From an uncultured Chloroflexia bacterium (GTDB taxonomy: Bacteria; Chloroflexota; Chloroflexia; QHBQ01; JADMIH01), in the NCBI GenBank assembly GCA_963797095.1, contig CAWCNY010000004.1, positions 448,001 to 512,000 of the forward strand: a stretch of 64,000 nt of DNA. Reading direction: 5' to 3'. Of this stretch, positions 60,473 through 64,000 are shown one piece after another. The notes beneath the pieces were generated by a model that saw nothing but the letters and a program-made list of their open reading frames with translations, was not told the DNA's origin and made no database searches. A program made the position numbers and the translations under genes. Positions within the stretch are counted from its first letter, which is position 1, and each line of letters opens with the position of its first letter.

Positions 60473-63103
60473 ATGCTTACCCTCGAAAACCCCAAGGCTT
60501 ACCGCCTGCCACACACCATTAACCCCAGCCGCTACGATATCGAGCTTGATGCCCGCGTTGGCCGCGACACCTTCAAAGGCCGGGTCACCGTCAAAATCGA
60601 CATCGCCGAAAAGACCGACACCATCGAGCTTCACGCTCACGAACTTCTCACCCTCACCTCCGCCACCGTCGAAACCGGCAGCAAAACCCTCCGGGGCGAG
60701 ATCTCCCAGAACGCCGAGGCCGAAATGGCCTCCATCACCTTCCCCAGCGCCCTCCCCACAGGCCCCGCCACCCTCACCATCCTGTACGACGGCAACATCA
60801 GCCCCACCCTCGAAGGTCTCTACCTCGCCAAGGACGGCCCCGACGAATGCCTCTCCACCCAGTGCGAAGAGACCGACGCCCGCAAGATATTCCCCTGCTG
60901 GGACGAGCCTACCTTCAAGGCTCACTTCGCCTGGAAAATCACCACCGACCCCCAGAACACCGTCCTGGCCAACGGTCCCCTCCTCTCAGTAAAAGACACC
61001 CCAGAAACCCCCTGGCTCGCCCCCTCCGACCAAGACCCAATCCGAAATCCGAAATCCGAAATCCAAGATTCAAGGACCTGGTCTTTCGCCCCCACCAAAC
61101 TTATGTCAAGCTACCTCTGCGCCCTCGTCGTAGGCGAGATCGACGGCACCAAAGAGGAAGAAGTCAACGGCACCCCCATCCGCGTGTGGGCTATGAAGGG
61201 CAAAGGCGAGATGGGCCGCTTCGCCCACGACTACACCAAAAAACTCCTCCCCTGGTACGAACACTATTTCGAAGCCCCCTACCACTTCGACAAGTACGAC
61301 CAGGCAGCCGTCCCCGGCTTCGCTGCGGGCGCGATGGAAAACAGTGGCCTCGTGATCTACGTCCAGTCCGCCCTCATTATGAACCCCAAAACCGCCTCCT
61401 GGAACCAGGAAAAGACCATCGCCCACGTAGTCGCCCACGAAACCGCACACATGTGGTTCGGCAACCTCGTCACCATGAAGTGGTGGGACGACCTCTGGCT
61501 CAACGAAGCCTTCGCCGAGTGGATCTCCAACAAAGCCGTCCACTCCCTCACGCCCGACTACAACGTCTGGAACGACTTTCAGTTCGGCAAGAACGCCGCC
61601 CTCGCCGACGATGCGCTCGAATTTACCCACCCCATCTACAACCCCGTAGAAACTCCCGCCCAGGCCACCGAGCTATTCGATAACATCGCCTACCAGAAGG
61701 GTTGCGCCGTCCTGCGCATGCTCGAAAACTTCATCGGCGAAGACGCTTTCCGCGCCGGACTCCGCACCTACATCAAAGATTTCGCCGAGTCCAACGCCAC
61801 CAAGGAAGACCTCTGGCACCATCTCGCCCAGTCCTCCGGCGAGTCCGTGGAAGCCGTTATGTCAAGCTGGATCAACCAGGGCGGCTATCCCGTGATCAGC
61901 ATCTCCCTCGACGGCACCATCCTCAAGCTCTCACAGCGCCGCTTCTTCTCCAGCCCCGACGCCCGCAGCCACGACCAGATGTGGCAGGTGCCCATCGTCC
62001 TCCGCTACGAAGACACCGCTGGCGTCCACAACCGGCGCATCCTCCTCGATAGCGTCGAAAAAGCCGTATCCCTCGCTATCGAAGGCGAGCTAAAGTGGCT
62101 TTACACCAACACCGAGGAGATCGGCTTCTACCGCCAGCACCTCGACTCCACCATTATGCCCGGCCTCCTCGCCAACCTCGACAAGCTATCTCCACTCGAA
62201 CAGACCGGCCTCCTCAGCGACCAGTGGGCCCTCACCCGCAACGGCACCCAGGGCATCTCCGAGTTCCTCGATGTCCTCTCCGCCCTCTTGACTTCCACCC
62301 ACTACAATGTCCTCGAAGCCGCCGTTGGTCGCCTCCACGGTATCGAAGATCTCCTCCTCGACCTCGGCGACCAATCCGCCCTCCGCAAGTTCCGCTCCTG
62401 GGTCGCTGACCGCCTTCAGCCCCAGATGGAAGAAGTCGGCTATCAACCCCGCAAGTCCGACTCTCAGAACGACACCCAGCGCCGCGTGGCCCTCGCCGAC
62501 GCTATGTCCACCCTCGCCGAAACCCCCGAAGCCATCCGGCAGGCCACCCACTACGCCGACATGGAAGCCAACGACCCCACCTCCGTGGACCCCAACCTCG
62601 CTGGCCTCTACGTCGCTGCTGCCGCCATCACCGGCGACCGCGCCCGCTTCGACCGCTACGTGGACATCTACACCACGCGCAAAGACGCAAGCGCTTCCCC
62701 TCAGGAAACCAATCGCTACCTCTATAGCCTGGCCGACTTCCGCAAACCCGACATCATGAGCCGCATCTTCACCCTCATGGACGATGGCACCATTCCCCAG
62801 GAGGCCATAGGCCGCGTCCTCCGCCAGATGCTCGCCCTCAACCATGCCCAGGTTCCCGCCTGGAACTATATCAAGGCCAACTGGCCCACTATACGTAATC
62901 TAGGCGACATGTGGACCGGCTTCCTCGTCGAAATGACCGGACGCCTCCCCTCCACTCTCCGCTCCGACGTGGTCTCCTTCTTCGACGCCAACCTCCAGGG
63001 CGTTGCCGACAAACCCTACGCTCGCGCCCTCGAAACAATGGACCAGCTAGCCGAGTTCAAGCAGCGCATCGGCACAGATCTGGTGGCGTGGTTCAAACGC
63101 TAA
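60473..63103 (+). CDS. pepN: M1 family aminopeptidase with ERAP1-like C-terminus
   Basis: GAMEN, HETAH-18-E (WLNEAF), Y.KG. Confidence 0.93.
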   Translation: MLTLENPKAYRLPHTINPSRYDIELDARVGRDTFKGRVTVKIDIAEKTDTIELHAHELLTLTSATVETGSKTLRGEISQNAEAEMASITFPSALPTGPATLTILYDGNISPTLEGLYLAKDGPDECLSTQCEETDARKIFPCWDEPTFKAHFAWKITTDPQNTVLANGPLLSVKDTPETPWLAPSDQDPIRNPKSEIQDSRTWSFAPTKLMSSYLCALVVGEIDGTKEEEVNGTPIRVWAMKGKGEMGRFAHDYTKKLLPWYEHYFEAPYHFDKYDQAAVPGFAAGAMENSGLVIYVQSALIMNPKTASWNQEKTIAHVVAHETAHMWFGNLVTMKWWDDLWLNEAFAEWISNKAVHSLTPDYNVWNDFQFGKNAALADDALEFTHPIYNPVETPAQATELFDNIAYQKGCAVLRMLENFIGEDAFRAGLRTYIKDFAESNATKEDLWHHLAQSSGESVEAVMSSWINQGGYPVISISLDGTILKLSQRRFFSSPDARSHDQMWQVPIVLRYEDTAGVHNRRILLDSVEKAVSLAIEGELKWLYTNTEEIGFYRQHLDSTIMPGLLANLDKLSPLEQTGLLSDQWALTRNGTQGISEFLDVLSALLTSTHYNVLEAAVGRLHGIEDLLLDLGDQSALRKFRSWVADRLQPQMEEVGYQPRKSDSQNDTQRRVALADAMSTLAETPEAIRQATHYADMEANDPTSVDPNLAGLYVAAAAITGDRARFDRYVDIYTTRKDASASPQETNRYLYSLADFRKPDIMSRIFTLMDDGTIPQEAIGRVLRQMLALNHAQVPAWNYIKANWPTIRNLGDMWTGFLVEMTGRLPSTLRSDVVSFFDANLQGVADKPYARALETMDQLAEFKQRIGTDLVAWFKR

Positions 63104-63220
63104 CAACAAAAAGGACACAGGGGCTGGCGCCAGGCCCTCCCCACGCTAACCAGTTTAAGAATAGTGGAAATCGACCTTCACTCGTCACTTGTCACTTATC
63201 AGATGTGATATAATCAACCC

Positions 63221-64000
63221 ATGCACGGCAGATCAATTCCACAAACCGACCTGCCCTTACCGCTCTTCCATAGGGGCAAGGTCCGAGACACGTACGATCT
63301 GGGCGACAAGCTCTTGATGATCGCCACCGATCGTATATCCGCCTACGATGTGGTCCTGCCTAACTCCATACCCTACAAAGGCCAGGTTCTCACCGCCTTC
63401 TCGACCTTCTGGTTCGATCGCACCCAATCCATAATCCCCAACCATCTCATCACAGACCGCGCCATCCACTTCCCCTTCGACTGGCGCGCCTGGAACAGGA
63501 CCCAGCGCGACCAGATATCTGGTCGCGCTATACTCGTCAAGAAAGCCCGCCGCATCGACATCGAATGCGTCGCTCGCGGCTACTTGGCAGGCTCCGCCTG
63601 GAAAGAGTATGAGGGTGCCAACACGGTGGCGGGCATCTCTCTCCCCAACTGGCTCCACGAAAGTCAGCAGTTGGTCGAGCCGATCTTCACCCCCGCCATC
63701 AAAGCCGCCACCGGCCATGACCAGAACGTCACCTTCGACGAGATGGCTAACCGCATCGGCCATGACCTCGCCGAAAAGATGCGCGATGCCACCATGAAGA
63801 TTTACGGCTTCATGTCTGAATACGCCCGCCAGCAAGGCATTATCATGGCCGATACCAAGCTCGAATTCGGCCTCCTCGACAACCAGCTAATCCTCATCGA
63901 CGAGCTAGGTACCCCCGACTCCTCCCGGTTCTGGGAAGTCGCCAAGTACCGCCTCGAAGGTCCCCAGCTAAGCCTCGACAAGCAATACGTCCGCGACTGG
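63221..64000 (+). CDS. purC: SAICAR synthase (runs off the window end; absent from the ORF track)
   Basis: Hand translation: RGKVRDTY, ATDRISAYD, IECVARGYLAGS, ADTKLEFG, TPDSSRFW, SLDKQYVRDW. Confidence 0.95.
   Translation, partial: MHGRSIPQTDLPLPLFHRGKVRDTYDLGDKLLMIATDRISAYDVVLPNSIPYKGQVLTAFSTFWFDRTQSIIPNHLITDRAIHFPFDWRAWNRTQRDQISGRAILVKKARRIDIECVARGYLAGSAWKEYEGANTVAGISLPNWLHESQQLVEPIFTPAIKAATGHDQNVTFDEMANRIGHDLAEKMRDATMKIYGFMSEYARQQGIIMADTKLEFGLLDNQLILIDELGTPDSSRFWEVAKYRLEGPQLSLDKQYVRDW

Noticed and set aside
26840-61623. Codon reassignment (TTG=Ser) or U-to-C RNA editing
   Set aside because: TTG encodes expected Leu elsewhere. The anomalies follow a DNA motif on both strands and include indels, which fits modification-linked sequence error better.

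Overview
A 64 kb GC-rich bacterial chromosomal segment. It is probably Chloroflexota; this is inferred from gene content, Thr/Pro linkers and repeat style, with no marker gene seen. It is mostly housekeeping and accessory genes: moaA, moaC, secD/secF, hppA, rluB, cmk, purF/purL/purB/purC, an MtaB-like methylthiotransferase, an M1 aminopeptidase, a WcaJ-like sugar transferase, a P450, several regulators and tRNA-Arg(UCU). Mobile DNA is limited to an IS982 with an amber stop, a Y1 transposase flanked by inverted REP-like hairpins, and two related GTAG-type REP clusters. I found no CRISPR, prophage or defence island. The strongest unexplained signals are: (1) many 7-bp-period tandem arrays of different sequence at gene junctions and in-frame inside proteins; (2) frameshifts and Ser>Leu/Phe changes that all fall on GANTC, pointing to a DNA modification seen through sequencing errors; (3) an orphan ~90-nt structured RNA with its own consensus promoter; (4) a ~235-nt nested-palindrome element before the tRNA; (5) a stand-alone SecD periplasmic-domain gene. 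All product calls come from motif recognition by eye; no searches were run.
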